Positions 37,390 through 46,310 of a DNA stretch of 58,380 nt are shown piece after piece. The position numbers and the translations under genes were made by a program. The notes under the pieces are model-generated. The model worked only from the letters and a program-made list of their open reading frames with translations, was not told the origin of the DNA and made no database searches. Origin of the DNA: a virus (taxonomy: Duplodnaviria > Caudoviricetes); the IMG/VR virus record IMGVR_UViG_3300044266_000460, positions 1-58,380 of that record; one strand, given 5' to 3'. How positions within the stretch are numbered: the first letter of the stretch is position 1; every line of letters begins with the position of its first letter.

Positions 37390-37683
37390 TTATATAAACA
37401 GGTGAATGATCCAGCCCAGGGCCAGGAACACGAGTGGTTTGGCAAAGCATTGAGCGAACAGCTCGCCCGCAGTCTGTTCTTCATTGTGTTGAGTCTGGTG
37501 TGTGAAGTAACCCAGGAGCAGCCCCAAGCCCAAGCCCTGGGCGATGGTCAAGTGCGGCAGCTTGAAGGTGGTTACAACGAACCAATCCCACAGCACAGTG
37601 ATGGTCCAGCCTGACAGCAGGATGGCAAGTGGGAATACGATAAAGAGAAAAAACAGTCCTTCGCCCAGCGAAACATTTTTCAT
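37390..37683 (-). CDS. Membrane protein
   Basis: Three hydrophobic segments; AAGGAG SD. Confidence 0.7.
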   Translation of the reverse strand: MKNVSLGEGLFFLFIVFPLAILLSGWTITVLWDWFVVTTFKLPHLTIAQGLGLGLLLGYFTHQTQHNEEQTAGELFAQCFAKPLVFLALGWIIHLFI

Positions 37684-37713
37684 TTTGCTAACTCCTTGAA
37701 AGTAAAGGTAATA

Positions 37714-37878
37714 TTACACTTGGATAATGACCGTTGCGGGATCGTCCCATCGCTCGTCGGCTTCGTACTCGAATACCGAATCGATGTCAAACACTCGCCC
37801 GATGCCCACTGCATTGATCTGGACCAGGGTATTGGGATCGCACCGTTCCAAACGAGCCATCAATTCTGCAACCGTCAT
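37714..37878 (-). CDS. Small hypothetical protein (MTVAELMARL)
   Basis: Directly after promoter cassette copy 2. Confidence 0.7.
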   Translation of the reverse strand: MTVAELMARLERCDPNTLVQINAVGIGRVFDIDSVFEYEADERWDDPATVIIQV

Positions 37879-37940
37879 TGTCTGCTCCTTGTCGTTTACT
37901 ATACCCATATTATACCCGAAACCCAGATTTTGGTCAACCG
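37875..37940 (-). repeat. Promoter+UTR+start cassette, copy 2
   Basis: Near-identical to 37324-37389. Confidence 0.9.
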
Positions 37941-37991
37941 CGCTAAGTCCATGATTTACAAGCAGATCTAGGGCGCGCTAAATCATTGATT
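37939..37991. promoter_or_regulatory. Two direct copies of a CGCGCTAAGTCATTGATT-like motif
   Basis: CGCGCTAAGTCCATGATT at 37939 and CGCGCTAAATCATTGATT at 37974, abutting the -35 box. Confidence 0.7.
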
Positions 37992-38003
37992 CCAAAGAGA
38001 TTT

Positions 38004-38330
38004 TTATCCGCGGTCCAACAGGTGCCGTTTGCTGGTGATCTTTGCCCACTCGTCAGCCCCGGACAAGGCATCGGTCTTTTCAGTGATCACGGGCCAGGCC
38101 TGGGCCAAGTCAGCGTTGATCTGGATCCAATCCTGCTGATTGGGTTTGAGATCTCGATCAGCCAGGATGGCGTTTACCGGACATTCGGGTATGCATACCG
38201 CGCAGTCGATGCAAACGTCGGGATCTATGACCAGGAAATTGGGGCCAGCATGGAAACAGTCCACGGGACACACCGACACACAATCTGTGTATCTACAGCC
38301 TATACAAGCTTCGGTCACTACGTGGGTCAT
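38004..38330 (-). CDS. fdxA: 7Fe ferredoxin (FdxA family)
   Basis: VVTEACIGCRYTDCVSVCPVDCF...CIDCAVCIPECPVNAI. Confidence 0.92.
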   Translation of the reverse strand: MTHVVTEACIGCRYTDCVSVCPVDCFHAGPNFLVIDPDVCIDCAVCIPECPVNAILADRDLKPNQQDWIQINADLAQAWPVITEKTDALSGADEWAKITSKRHLLDRG

Positions 38331-38656
38331 TGGCGCTGGAAATTCTCTAGAGTCCGGTCAATGGCCGCTGTGAAGTTTCGTGCCGCTTGCTCGTTTAGGA
38401 TCAGATCGTGTTCCTGACTATACACACCCCGGGTCAATATGGCCCAGGCCATGCGCAGTCTCTGGCCAAAGTTCTGGAACGGCGTTTGCAGCTGGGCATA
38501 GAATGTTACCGACACTGTGCGGTCTTGGTCCTGGACTTCGATCCAAGCATCCACTTCGTGTTCGCGGGTGCCGCAATCGCAGGCCACCCTGAAACAGCGA
38601 GCATCGCGCCATTCGCCCATTTGCATGATACCTGTTGCGGGTTGTTGAGTTTTCAT
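38327..38656 (-). CDS. Hypothetical protein (CDCG..H)
   Basis: TTGATC-17-TACAAT 6 nt upstream of the ATG. Confidence 0.65.
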   Translation of the reverse strand: MKTQQPATGIMQMGEWRDARCFRVACDCGTREHEVDAWIEVQDQDRTVSVTFYAQLQTPFQNFGQRLRMAWAILTRGVYSQEHDLILNEQAARNFTAAIDRTLENFQRQ

Positions 38657-38673
38657 AGACCTATTGTAGGGTA

Positions 38674-38979
38674 TTATTTGAAAAAGATCAAGGCCATTAG
38701 GCTACTCTGGACCAAGAATCCCGCGGCGATGGTTATGATCTGGAGCATGTTGCGCTGGATCGCGGCCTGTACGAAAAGGCAGCTGAGTCCGGCCCAGGTC
38801 AGCAACACCATATCCACAGTGGGCATACGGTCACTGAGCCCGGTCAGCACAGCGATCAACGTGGGTATGGTGGCCGCATGCAAGAATATAACCGCCAACC
38901 AAGCAAAGGTTTCGGCAGTGATGGGTGCCACGTGATCAGCTACCCATTGGGTCATTTTCTTCACATCAAATGTTGCCAT
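38674..38979 (-). CDS. Three-TM membrane protein
   Basis: Hydrophobic; coupled to the SleB gene. Confidence 0.7.
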   Translation of the reverse strand: MATFDVKKMTQWVADHVAPITAETFAWLAVIFLHAATIPTLIAVLTGLSDRMPTVDMVLLTWAGLSCLFVQAAIQRNMLQIITIAAGFLVQSSLMALIFFK

Positions 38980-39535
38980 TGTTTTTCTCCCGGGGTTTGT
39001 AGAAAATATGATGTCCTATCTTGGCCACTGGTTCCTGGCGCCATTGTGGATTTACGTGGTCTGCATGGTAGTAGAGAGCGCCCTGGAGACTGGGCAATCT
39101 GAAACCTTCCAGCAAGACCTTCTTGGCGGCTTCCATGCTCTCATCATAGAGCCGTTGTTGTACCGGTCGCCGCCCCACGGATCCATCACAGAGCCAGGTA
39201 AACTGACACACGATGTTGGTGTAGAAACTGTTGCGTTGATAAATGACCTGGCAAGGGTCTTTGGGGAAATCTGGACTGGCCACACGGTTCATGACCACTT
39301 GACCCACCGCTATCTTGCCTTCGGCCGGTTCAGTGGCGGCCTCATAATAGATGTTGTCGGCCATGCATTTGAGCTGGCGTTCGCGATCCCGGACAGTGAT
39401 GATTTCAGATCCATCGTTTTGGGACAACCTGAGATGGTTCAGTTTGACTTGCGTTACTTGATACACTGCTGCCACGGAAATCATCATGGCAGTCACCAAT
39501 GACAAACTCCTTATACATGTCATATATGTTTTCAT
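38966..39535 (-). CDS. Cell wall hydrolase, SleB/Hydrolase_2 family, with N-terminal TM
   Basis: C.ADNIYYEA..E...GKIAVGQVVMNRV...FP...CQF.W...ALYYHA...IG.HIFY; start reassigned after AAGGAG. Confidence 0.88.
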   Translation of the reverse strand: MKTYMTCIRSLSLVTAMMISVAAVYQVTQVKLNHLRLSQNDGSEIITVRDRERQLKCMADNIYYEAATEPAEGKIAVGQVVMNRVASPDFPKDPCQVIYQRNSFYTNIVCQFTWLCDGSVGRRPVQQRLYDESMEAAKKVLLEGFRLPSLQGALYYHADHVNPQWRQEPVAKIGHHIFYKPREKNNGNI

Positions 39536-39682
39536 CGGAATACTCCTTTGGTTAGGCGCGATCATCTGCGCTGGGCCGCCTGGAACATATACAGAAGACG
39601 ACCCGATGTTTTTTGACGTAGTTGTATATAGTAGCACAAACTGGTATCATATGCTACTATATCTGGAGACACAGATTGATGG

Positions 39683-40477
39683 CTATTTAGTCATCTTGCA
39701 GACCGGTATGGGCATCATTTTATGCAGGTTACGGCGCCGTATCTGGCGATAGCGTCGGAGATGCTGACGCTGCTGTGGTGTCCGGGGAGGCTGGCCCGAC
39801 TCATCGACACGCATGGCCTCTTCTAATTCGGGGTAGGTCATGCCAATTTGGTCCTCGTCGGTACGACCATCCGGCCATAGACCATCAGTGGGTGCGGCCT
39901 CGATGATGGGTGATAGTATGCCCAATTGGCGACCCATGGCCCATACTTCGGTCTTGACACAGTCGCCTATGGGTGAGATATCCACACCACCATCTCCATA
40001 TTTGGTGAAGAATCCCACACCAAAATCTTCCACACGGTTGCCGGTGCCCACTACCAGTCCTTGGTTGGCCTGGGCGATCTGATACAAGGACATCATTCTC
40101 AGGCGGCTGCGGCTGTTGGCAAAGGCCAGTTCCTCCTGCGCCGAGCCAATGTCACCATTGGTGATCAATGATTGTTCGATCAACAATCGTTCGAACTGAT
40201 CAAAGGCCGGATCAAGATTCAGGACCTGGACGCGGACGTTGGTGAAATTTTCCAACAACCACTCACCATGTGCCAGGCTTAGATCATGTGTGTGCTGGCT
40301 CTGCCGTATGGGCATGATCACTGCACGTACCGCCAGCCCGGTATGGGCACACAGGGTGCTGACCACCGAGCTGTCGATGCCGCCGGAAATGCCCACTACC
40401 AGGCACTGGGCTTGACTCTGCCGGGCATAGCGCCGGATCCAAGATGTGATGCGTCGTATCTGTGTCTGTGGTGTCAT
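39683..40477 (-). CDS. nadE: NH3-dependent NAD+ synthetase
   Basis: GISGGIDSS, N..SRLRM, GTGNRVE..VGFFTKYGDG, PTDGLW..TDEDQIGMTY, HK. Confidence 0.92.
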   Translation of the reverse strand: MTPQTQIRRITSWIRRYARQSQAQCLVVGISGGIDSSVVSTLCAHTGLAVRAVIMPIRQSQHTHDLSLAHGEWLLENFTNVRVQVLNLDPAFDQFERLLIEQSLITNGDIGSAQEELAFANSRSRLRMMSLYQIAQANQGLVVGTGNRVEDFGVGFFTKYGDGGVDISPIGDCVKTEVWAMGRQLGILSPIIEAAPTDGLWPDGRTDEDQIGMTYPELEEAMRVDESGQPPRTPQQRQHLRRYRQIRRRNLHKMMPIPVCKMTK

Positions 40478-40911
40478 GGGGTATCCGGTGGTGGCATTTG
40501 TTTGAGGGTATCCCACATCTTTTGCTTTTGCTGGAGCTCGTCTTCGAGTCGGCGATAGGCCTCGCCCAGTTCGCGCAGCTGATCCCATTGGGCCTCCAGT
40601 TCGGGGTTGGGACTCAGGATATTGAGTCGCTGTTGTATGGTTTCCAGTGTTGCTTTGAGACTCATCCCCGCTATCACTAGATCGGCCTTTTCACCCTGCA
40701 ACACTACCTTCCCGGCATCTGAGGTAATGTAGTTGGGTACCTGATAGGTGTAGGTGACGTTGGGGTTGGCCCAGGTGTTGGATCCACCACCTCCAGAGCC
40801 AGCAACATTGCCTCCGGCACCAGCCTGACCCTGCATGGACCATGTGGTGGTGGTTCCAGTGGTCTGCACAGTCAAGGGTGCACCAGAAACATTCCAAACA
40901 TTATTGGACAT
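40474..40911 (-). CDS. Hypothetical protein (Gly/Thr-rich N-terminus, coiled-coil C-terminus)
   Basis: ATGA-coupled to nadE. Confidence 0.65.
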   Translation of the reverse strand: MSNNVWNVSGAPLTVQTTGTTTTWSMQGQAGAGGNVAGSGGGGSNTWANPNVTYTYQVPNYITSDAGKVVLQGEKADLVIAGMSLKATLETIQQRLNILSPNPELEAQWDQLRELGEAYRRLEDELQQKQKMWDTLKQMPPPDTP

Positions 40912-40912
40912 G

Positions 40913-41101
40913 TTATTTGGAGGCTAGGGCTTCTTTTTCTGCTGTGATTTCTTTGCGGCGTTCTTTGATGGCTTTACTCATTTCCTGCAGAGCCTTGCGA
41001 GCGCGGGCCGCAGATGCTTTGACTCCTTTGGTAGTGAACTTATCGTTTTCGGCGATGTAGGTTTCAAAAGCGTTGCGGATAGTATCGTGCTGAGCTGACA
41101 T
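40913..41101 (-). CDS. Histone H1-like Hc1-domain nucleoid protein
   Basis: KF..KGVKASAARARKAL.E..K..KE.RK; AAGGAG SD. Confidence 0.75.
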   Translation of the reverse strand: MSAQHDTIRNAFETYIAENDKFTTKGVKASAARARKALQEMSKAIKERRKEITAEKEALASK

Positions 41102-41172
41102 TGGGTTCTCCTTATATAAACAGCTCATGTATTTTAGCTGGTCTGCCAGCGCCGGCCAACTATTTCGGCCAT

Positions 41173-41421
41173 CTAATGCAACCGCTCGCCCGGCGGTTTT
41201 TGGATCTCGCTCATGATCTTGCGCTCGGCCAAGTGTTCCAAAAACTTTTCATCCAGGGCAAAAATCTCATCATCATGCATTTGGGCATTCTCGGGCGGAA
41301 CCCCGATCAGGCGCATGATAGCGCCCACGCAGGCTTGTTTATAGCCATGCTGATACAGCACTTCGCATACGTCCAGGATAGTGTCGCGCAGGGCCTCTTC
41401 TAACTGTGTGTTGTCCAACAT
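41173..41421 (-). CDS. Hypothetical protein
   Basis: TATAAT 6 nt upstream of the ATG. Confidence 0.65.
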   Translation of the reverse strand: MLDNTQLEEALRDTILDVCEVLYQHGYKQACVGAIMRLIGVPPENAQMHDDEIFALDEKFLEHLAERKIMSEIQKPPGERLH

Positions 41422-41448
41422 CTAGTAATTATACCTCACAACAGAAAC

Positions 41449-41474
41449 AAAAAAGCCCGCCGGGGCGGGCTTTT
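41449..41474. terminator. Intrinsic terminator (bidirectional-looking)
   Basis: AAAAGCCCGCC-GG-GGCGGGCTTTT. Confidence 0.85.
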
Positions 41475-41490
41475 GTCATCACAGCGCCAA

Positions 41491-41826
41491 TTAGGCCGCT
41501 GCGGTGTCCTTGGCCTTGGCCTTGCTCTTGCCTTGGCTCAGCGTGACTTTGACTTCGCCGCGCTTGGCCAGCTTGCTCTTTTCAGCCAGCTTATTGGCCA
41601 CGGCATAGCCGGCGTCACCTTCGGTGATGCCCAGCGTCTGGAGATGTTGCAGAGCCTCCAGCTTGGTCATGGCCTGGGGCAGTTCCACCAGGTTGATGTT
41701 GGTGCATTGGGCCTTGGTGAGGATCTTGATACGCGCCACCAGATCGTTGGCGAAACGTGCTTTGGTGGTACCATTGGGGTTGGTAGCGGTACCTGCTACA
41801 GTGAACAGCTTTTCTTTCTTGCTCAT
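41491..41826 (-). CDS. Basic hypothetical protein with own promoter and terminator
   Basis: Lys/Ala-rich; FTVAG...K.RFAND..RIK.L. Confidence 0.75.
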   Translation of the reverse strand: MSKKEKLFTVAGTATNPNGTTKARFANDLVARIKILTKAQCTNINLVELPQAMTKLEALQHLQTLGITEGDAGYAVANKLAEKSKLAKRGEVKVTLSQGKSKAKAKDTAAA

Positions 41827-41890
41827 TTCAGTTGCCTTTCTCGGTGATTGAAGTTAAGTTGCCTGTATGCCACATATCCGGCATGCTCAA

Positions 41891-41919
41891 ATTATAGCAA
41901 AGTGATATATTGGTGTCAA
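41891..41919 (-). promoter_or_regulatory. Consensus sigma70 promoter
   Basis: TTGACA-17-TATAAT. Confidence 0.85.
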
Positions 41920-41962
41920 CCACTCTGCGACGTTTTGGGCAAATTGAATATGCCAACATTCT

Positions 41963-42322
41963 TTATGTTATCACGGTCTTGCTGCGGCCCATGCCCTCGC
42001 CAAAGATTTTGGTCCCCCGGTCACGGATCATCTGGGCCGCGGTCTGCGGATTGGATTCAAACAATTCCTGCAGATCCTGTTCGGTGATGCCCGGGGCCGC
42101 ATTGACCACATAGATCTCATAGAATCTCTGGCTGTTGTAGCGAGCCCTGAGTTCCAGATGCATGAGATTGGGCACCCGGCTCCGGTAGTTCTGACCCTGT
42201 AGTTGTGCCCAGACCGCATCCTTTTGATCCTGGGTGATGTCCACGACGAATTCTAGCCCTTCGCAACACCACATCAGGAGAAACTGATGGCTCCGGTCCA
42301 GGTCGTCGTCGTCTTGATCCAT
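41963..42322 (-). CDS. Hypothetical protein
   Basis: Operon member; LRARYNSQR.YEIY. Confidence 0.7.
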   Translation of the reverse strand: MDQDDDDLDRSHQFLLMWCCEGLEFVVDITQDQKDAVWAQLQGQNYRSRVPNLMHLELRARYNSQRFYEIYVVNAAPGITEQDLQELFESNPQTAAQMIRDRGTKIFGEGMGRSKTVIT

Positions 42323-42325
42323 GGC

Positions 42326-42718
42326 TCAGCAATACAATCCGGTCTGGCGCAGCATTTCGGCATAATGGCTGCGCATGTCGGGGTTACACTCGAACACGAT
42401 GGGCTTGTTGGACGTGATCAGATCATCCACGGCATCCTTGGATTCCTTGAGCCCCCAGCCCGAAGCGTGTCTTATGGCCTTGATCTGTTCCACCTTTCTT
42501 GAAATGGAGCCGACGTTGACACCCACCACCCGGATACGTCCGGGCATGGCGCCGGTCAGCATGGCGAAAAAGATCTGTCCTTTGACGTCGGGATCCAGGG
42601 TGCTGGCGATGGTATCCCAGAGCTTGAGGCCTTCGTCGCTGCCATAGGCTTCGGTGATGGCGCGCATGAAGGTCAAGCCAGTTTGGATGATGTCGTCGCG
42701 GTGTTCGGAAGGTATCAT
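42326..42718 (-). CDS. Protein with ribosomal bL12 (L7/L12) C-terminal-like domain
   Basis: KVEQIKAIRHASGWGLKESKDAVD resembles the bL12 K..VIK.VR..TGLGLKEAK..V motif. Confidence 0.65.
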   Translation of the reverse strand: MIPSEHRDDIIQTGLTFMRAITEAYGSDEGLKLWDTIASTLDPDVKGQIFFAMLTGAMPGRIRVVGVNVGSISRKVEQIKAIRHASGWGLKESKDAVDDLITSNKPIVFECNPDMRSHYAEMLRQTGLYC

Positions 42719-42719
42719 G

Positions 42720-43424
42720 TTAGACCAGTTTCACACGGTTGAGTTGGGTGGAGTCCGGACGATGCGCTTTGACAGTGCCGCGCACCCGGATCGGGGTGCC
42801 AGCTGCCAGCGCTTCGCGGAAGCTGAAGAACACCAGGCGATTGCACTGGGTCTGGGCCGTAACAAAATGCACACCATAGTTCTGACTGAACACGGTGCGC
42901 ACCACAGTGGCGTCAACTGAGACCTTGGCACCCACTGCTGCCAGGGGGGTCCGATCCACGGATGCTTCCAGCTGCTGTTGCGCCAGACCTTTACGGTAGC
43001 TGGAGATCTGGCTGGCTACCACGGCCGCGCTCAGCGCATCGCTGCGGTTGCTGAACTCTTCTTTTTGCACAGCTTCCTGCACTGCCAGATCAAAATCGGA
43101 CAAGGGCTGACCGCGCAGGGCCTTGAACACCAGATTTCCCCGGTGCCAGGTCCGGGCCTGACGCCCCAGCTCGAGATCATCTTCGGTCACGTCGGGCAAG
43201 CCCGCAGCCGCTTGGCTCCGGATGATGTCGCGATTGCTGTTGCGCACCACATCGTTGTTGTCGTTGCGTTGGGCTTCTTTGATATATTGACCCTCGTTCA
43301 CGCGGTCGGCGTAGGCCGCCAGACCCCACATGATCTCGGCACCCAGCATAGTGGCCATTTGCACGGGTTTCACAGCTTGGGTCCTACGAGCATAACCATA
43401 GCGCGGGCGATAGTAAGAATACAT
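42720..43424 (-). CDS. Hypothetical protein with probable C-terminal OB-fold
   Basis: IRVRGTVKAH....TQLNRVK; promoter and GGAG upstream. Confidence 0.65.
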   Translation of the reverse strand: MYSYYRPRYGYARRTQAVKPVQMATMLGAEIMWGLAAYADRVNEGQYIKEAQRNDNNDVVRNSNRDIIRSQAAAGLPDVTEDDLELGRQARTWHRGNLVFKALRGQPLSDFDLAVQEAVQKEEFSNRSDALSAAVVASQISSYRKGLAQQQLEASVDRTPLAAVGAKVSVDATVVRTVFSQNYGVHFVTAQTQCNRLVFFSFREALAAGTPIRVRGTVKAHRPDSTQLNRVKLV

Positions 43425-43440
43425 GTGAGCTCCGGTGTTT

Positions 43441-43635
43441 TTAGTTTATGCGGTTATTATAGCGTTTCGGCTGTTTCTGGTCAACCAGATCAAATCCACG
43501 TGCCAGGGCACAGCTGAACGGTACCTCATGTTGAGTACCTCGGTGATGGCACATTTCCAAATGAGCAAACCTGCACTGTTTTTTCCAGGGGCACTCTTGC
43601 CCCGCCGGGATAAGTCCATCAACAAGCTTGCTCAT
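43441..43635 (-). CDS. Small Cys-rich hypothetical protein
   Basis: CPW...C...CHH...FSC; 3' end overlaps a promoter. Confidence 0.55.
   Translation of the reverse strand: MSKLVDGLIPAGQECPWKKQCRFAHLEMCHHRGTQHEVPFSCALARGFDLVDQKQPKRYNNRIN
43456..43484 (-). promoter_or_regulatory. sigma70-like early promoter
   Basis: TTGACC-17-TATAAT. Confidence 0.8.
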
Positions 43636-43646
43636 GTTGGCCCCTG

Positions 43647-43988
43647 TTAGCCCTGCTTCACCGCACCAAACTGCACCTTGAGTGCTTCGCGGCAGGCTTC
43701 TTGGGTGCTGCGTTTGACCACGGCCTTGCCACCCCAGAAGCCGATCCAGATGTTGCGATGTGCCACGAACTTGACTTCACCATCGGCACCAAAATGCTTG
43801 CGGGCGCGATCCGCGGACTTGGCTTGGACTTTGGCCTTGGGCGCTGCCGGAGCCGCTGCCTTGACCACTCGCACAACCGGGGTCTGGGGAGCCTTGGCAC
43901 TCGCTTTGGGCTCGCTCACGGGCCAGTTACGGATCATGTCACGGATTTGTTTGGCGCTGAGATTTTGCCACATAATATTTTTGCTCAT
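43647..43988 (-). CDS. Basic hypothetical early protein
   Basis: Start reassigned to MSKNIMW after AAGGAG. Confidence 0.7.
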   Translation of the reverse strand: MSKNIMWQNLSAKQIRDMIRNWPVSEPKASAKAPQTPVVRVVKAAAPAAPKAKVQAKSADRARKHFGADGEVKFVAHRNIWIGFWGGKAVVKRSTQEACREALKVQFGAVKQG

Positions 43989-44018
43989 TTCCGGCTCCTT
44001 GTTATTAACTATAGAGCT

Positions 44019-44047
44019 ATTATACCGGATTTGGTGCTTTTGGTCAA
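44019..44047 (-). promoter_or_regulatory. sigma70-like early promoter
   Basis: TTGACC-17-TATAAT. Confidence 0.8.
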
Positions 44048-44070
44048 CCAAAACAGCCAAAAAGAATCCA

Positions 44071-44115
44071 TTATAAATCAATGACTTAGCGCGCCTGTAA
44101 GTCATTGATTTATAA
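44071..44115. repeat. Perfect 18-bp inverted repeat of the TAAGTCATTGATT motif
   Basis: TTATAAATCAATGACTTA-gcgcgcctg-TAAGTCATTGATTTATAA. Confidence 0.9.
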
Positions 44116-44120
44116 CAGTA

Positions 44121-44615
44121 TTATCCGCACATCTGAGTCAGCCCCGAAACCTGATATTTTTTCCACTTGGTATCAGCCAGTTGACCCTGGAGATCAAACG
44201 GTATACTGATGCATTTGAGATGCCGATAGGCCCGATAAGGTATGCGGAAATAATAGCACTGGCCGCTGACGGTTTCGGCCACCATGACGCGCAGGATGCC
44301 TTTCTTGTTCGCTATCTTGCGCACCTGTGCTCGATTCCTTAGTCCACTACGGGATCTAGATCTATGGCTGGTAACCTTTTTGGCATCACTGCCATCGCGG
44401 AAATCACGCCCCACACCGCTGTCTCGGGGTATGCGTCCCACCACGCTGATGGTTTTTTCCAGCAGGGCATCTATCTGCAATACGCCGTCCTCTACCATGC
44501 GTTCAAGCAGACGTTCTGTGTTGATTCTGAGATAACCACGATAGGCGCGATGCATGAGGTTGTCAAAAAATATCTTTTCGCCTCGCATGGCGTTGTGACC
44601 GAGATGTGCTGCCAT
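44121..44615 (-). CDS. Basic hypothetical protein, possible PD-(D/E)xK nuclease
   Basis: LLEK...GRDFRDGSDAK could be the E..D..DxK core; weak support. Confidence 0.45.
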   Translation of the reverse strand: MAAHLGHNAMRGEKIFFDNLMHRAYRGYLRINTERLLERMVEDGVLQIDALLEKTISVVGRIPRDSGVGRDFRDGSDAKKVTSHRSRSRSGLRNRAQVRKIANKKGILRVMVAETVSGQCYYFRIPYRAYRHLKCISIPFDLQGQLADTKWKKYQVSGLTQMCG

Positions 44616-44637
44616 AGTGTCCTCTGTTGGTGATGGT

Positions 44638-45384
44638 CTAGGGAAGTTTGGTGATTTTTACTGCTACCTGCTGATGCCGGCTCACGAAGCCGATGTATTC
44701 ATAACCGATATCGTGTCGTGCCACGATCTCTTGCCAGGCGCGATATTCATCCTGCTGCCAGCCCGGATAGTTGAAGTATTCGTCGAATACTATGATGGTG
44801 CCAACACGCAGCCGAGGTACCAGACGATCCAGCACAAATGCGGCGCTGGAATAGAGGTCAGAATCTATGTGTAAGAATGCCACCGGTGCCGAGTTCTGAC
44901 GCAGGAAAGGATCCAGGGTTTGGTCAAACCAGCCCACATGCAGACAAACATTCTTACGGACCCGGGGCAGGGGTTGGCTGAAATGTCCGCGACGCATGCG
45001 CCAGGTCCAGGTTTCGGGAAGCCCCACGAAACCGTCAAATCCATGGATCACATCCATGGGACGTAGTCGGGCCCAGTGATTGATGGTGCGTCCAGTGGCC
45101 ACCCCAAATTCCAGGACCAGTCCACAGCCCCATGGGCTCAGGAGATCAAGATCAACTTGTCTGATCGCCCACTCATGGAGATCATAGTCCGTGACGAAGT
45201 TTCGAGCCTGTCGCATGTGATCGGTCATGTATTGTGCCGATGATTCCGCAGCCAGCTGCTGCGCCACGAAATCCAGATCAAAACTATCGGTATGCAGTCC
45301 CAGCAATCGGCGTTGGGCTTGAGTGGGTTGTGGATATCTCCACCATTGTTGGATACGGTCTTGAATCCTGTGAAAGTTTATCAT
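44638..45384 (-). CDS. TylF/MycF-like SAM-dependent methyltransferase
   Basis: LEFGVATG, GFDGF.GLPE, GWFDQTL, HIDSDLY, IIVFDEY. Confidence 0.85.
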   Translation of the reverse strand: MINFHRIQDRIQQWWRYPQPTQAQRRLLGLHTDSFDLDFVAQQLAAESSAQYMTDHMRQARNFVTDYDLHEWAIRQVDLDLLSPWGCGLVLEFGVATGRTINHWARLRPMDVIHGFDGFVGLPETWTWRMRRGHFSQPLPRVRKNVCLHVGWFDQTLDPFLRQNSAPVAFLHIDSDLYSSAAFVLDRLVPRLRVGTIIVFDEYFNYPGWQQDEYRAWQEIVARHDIGYEYIGFVSRHQQVAVKITKLP

Positions 45385-45401
45385 CGTGTTCTCCTGGTCA
45401 C

Positions 45402-45431
45402 ATTATATACAACCGCAGACCGCGATGTCAA
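45402..45431 (-). promoter_or_regulatory. sigma70-like promoter
   Basis: TTGACA-18-TATAAT. Confidence 0.75.
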
Positions 45432-45700
45432 CAGATTTCAACGTAGTTGCTCACAAAGGTCAGCGCCTCGTCCCAGGAACCAAAATGAACCATGGGCAAG
45501 CCAGCACAACATACAGAGATGAATCTGCGGGTCTCGTGGTCCACGGTCTGCATACTGATCCCATGCCCCCACAGCGGACTATCCACCGGCACACGCTTGA
45601 TGAAGATTCCACGATCAGTATCCATGAATTCGTAGATCCAACTGCCCAGCGTCTTGCGATATGTGGTGGAATATACTTCGAGATCTTTGACGGTTAGCAT
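45428..45700 (-). CDS. Hypothetical protein
   Basis: TAATG-coupled. Confidence 0.6.
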   Translation of the reverse strand: MLTVKDLEVYSTTYRKTLGSWIYEFMDTDRGIFIKRVPVDSPLWGHGISMQTVDHETRRFISVCCAGLPMVHFGSWDEALTFVSNYVEIC

Positions 45701-45963
45701 TATTTTTCCTTTGCTGTGTATTCCACACCATCCACGGTAATGGTACGAATTGGATTCTTACCTGTGCGAGTAGTTGACACCGTGCTGTTGGGACAACGAA
45801 CCATATATAGAGTCACGTTGCCAGTCCAAACAGTTGACAAAGTGCAGTCTTCAAACCCTCGGATCGTTTTGAGATTAAAGGGTCCGGTCTGTGTCCACTC
45901 GCTGATAGGGTTGCTACACCCCGACAAAGCCAGCAATACAGCGACAGCGATAAAGATTTTCAT
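45700..45963 (-). CDS. Small lipoprotein
   Basis: Lipobox LSGC; DC...RCPNSTVST. Confidence 0.75.
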   Translation of the reverse strand: MKIFIAVAVLLALSGCSNPISEWTQTGPFNLKTIRGFEDCTLSTVWTGNVTLYMVRCPNSTVSTTRTGKNPIRTITVDGVEYTAKEK

Positions 45964-45990
45964 AATTTTACCCTCGGCAGATTTGTTTGA

Positions 45991-46164
45991 TTATGCAGCT
46001 TGACCAAAGATTCGATCCAATTCCTGTTTGGCCAGGCTCACATCAGTTACGTCGTCCAGGGCCTCCAACTGTGCCAGCTCATCCTCAGCTGAGGTCACAG
46101 GCACCAAACGATAAGTGATGTGCCAGCCCGTGATGCTGTTGTAATTGGTGTTCTTGTCCCGCAT
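45991..46164 (-). CDS. Small hypothetical protein
   Basis: Start MRDKN after GAGG. Confidence 0.5.
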   Translation of the reverse strand: MRDKNTNYNSITGWHITYRLVPVTSAEDELAQLEALDDVTDVSLAKQELDRIFGQAA

Positions 46165-46165
46165 A

Positions 46166-46309
46166 TCAGCCTCGGCAGATTCGTTTGATTTCGTCGGCGG
46201 TTTTGTTGCTCTGCGCATAGGAGATCACGCATTGCCCTTGGACATACTTCTCCACCCCGATGACGGAAAACATACTTGCGAATATGATTGAGATTGCGAT
46301 GTAACCCAT
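46166..46309 (-). CDS. Small membrane protein (47 aa)
   Basis: Manual translation MGYIAISIIFASMFSVIG...; AGGAG SD; not in the ORF track. Confidence 0.55.
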   Translation of the reverse strand: MGYIAISIIFASMFSVIGVEKYVQGQCVISYAQSNKTADEIKRICRG

Positions 46310-46310
46310 G

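Noticed and set aside
37324-37991. Repeats as a CRISPR or mini-array
   Set aside because: Only two copies of each repeat; the long repeat is a promoter and is separated by whole genes; no cas genes
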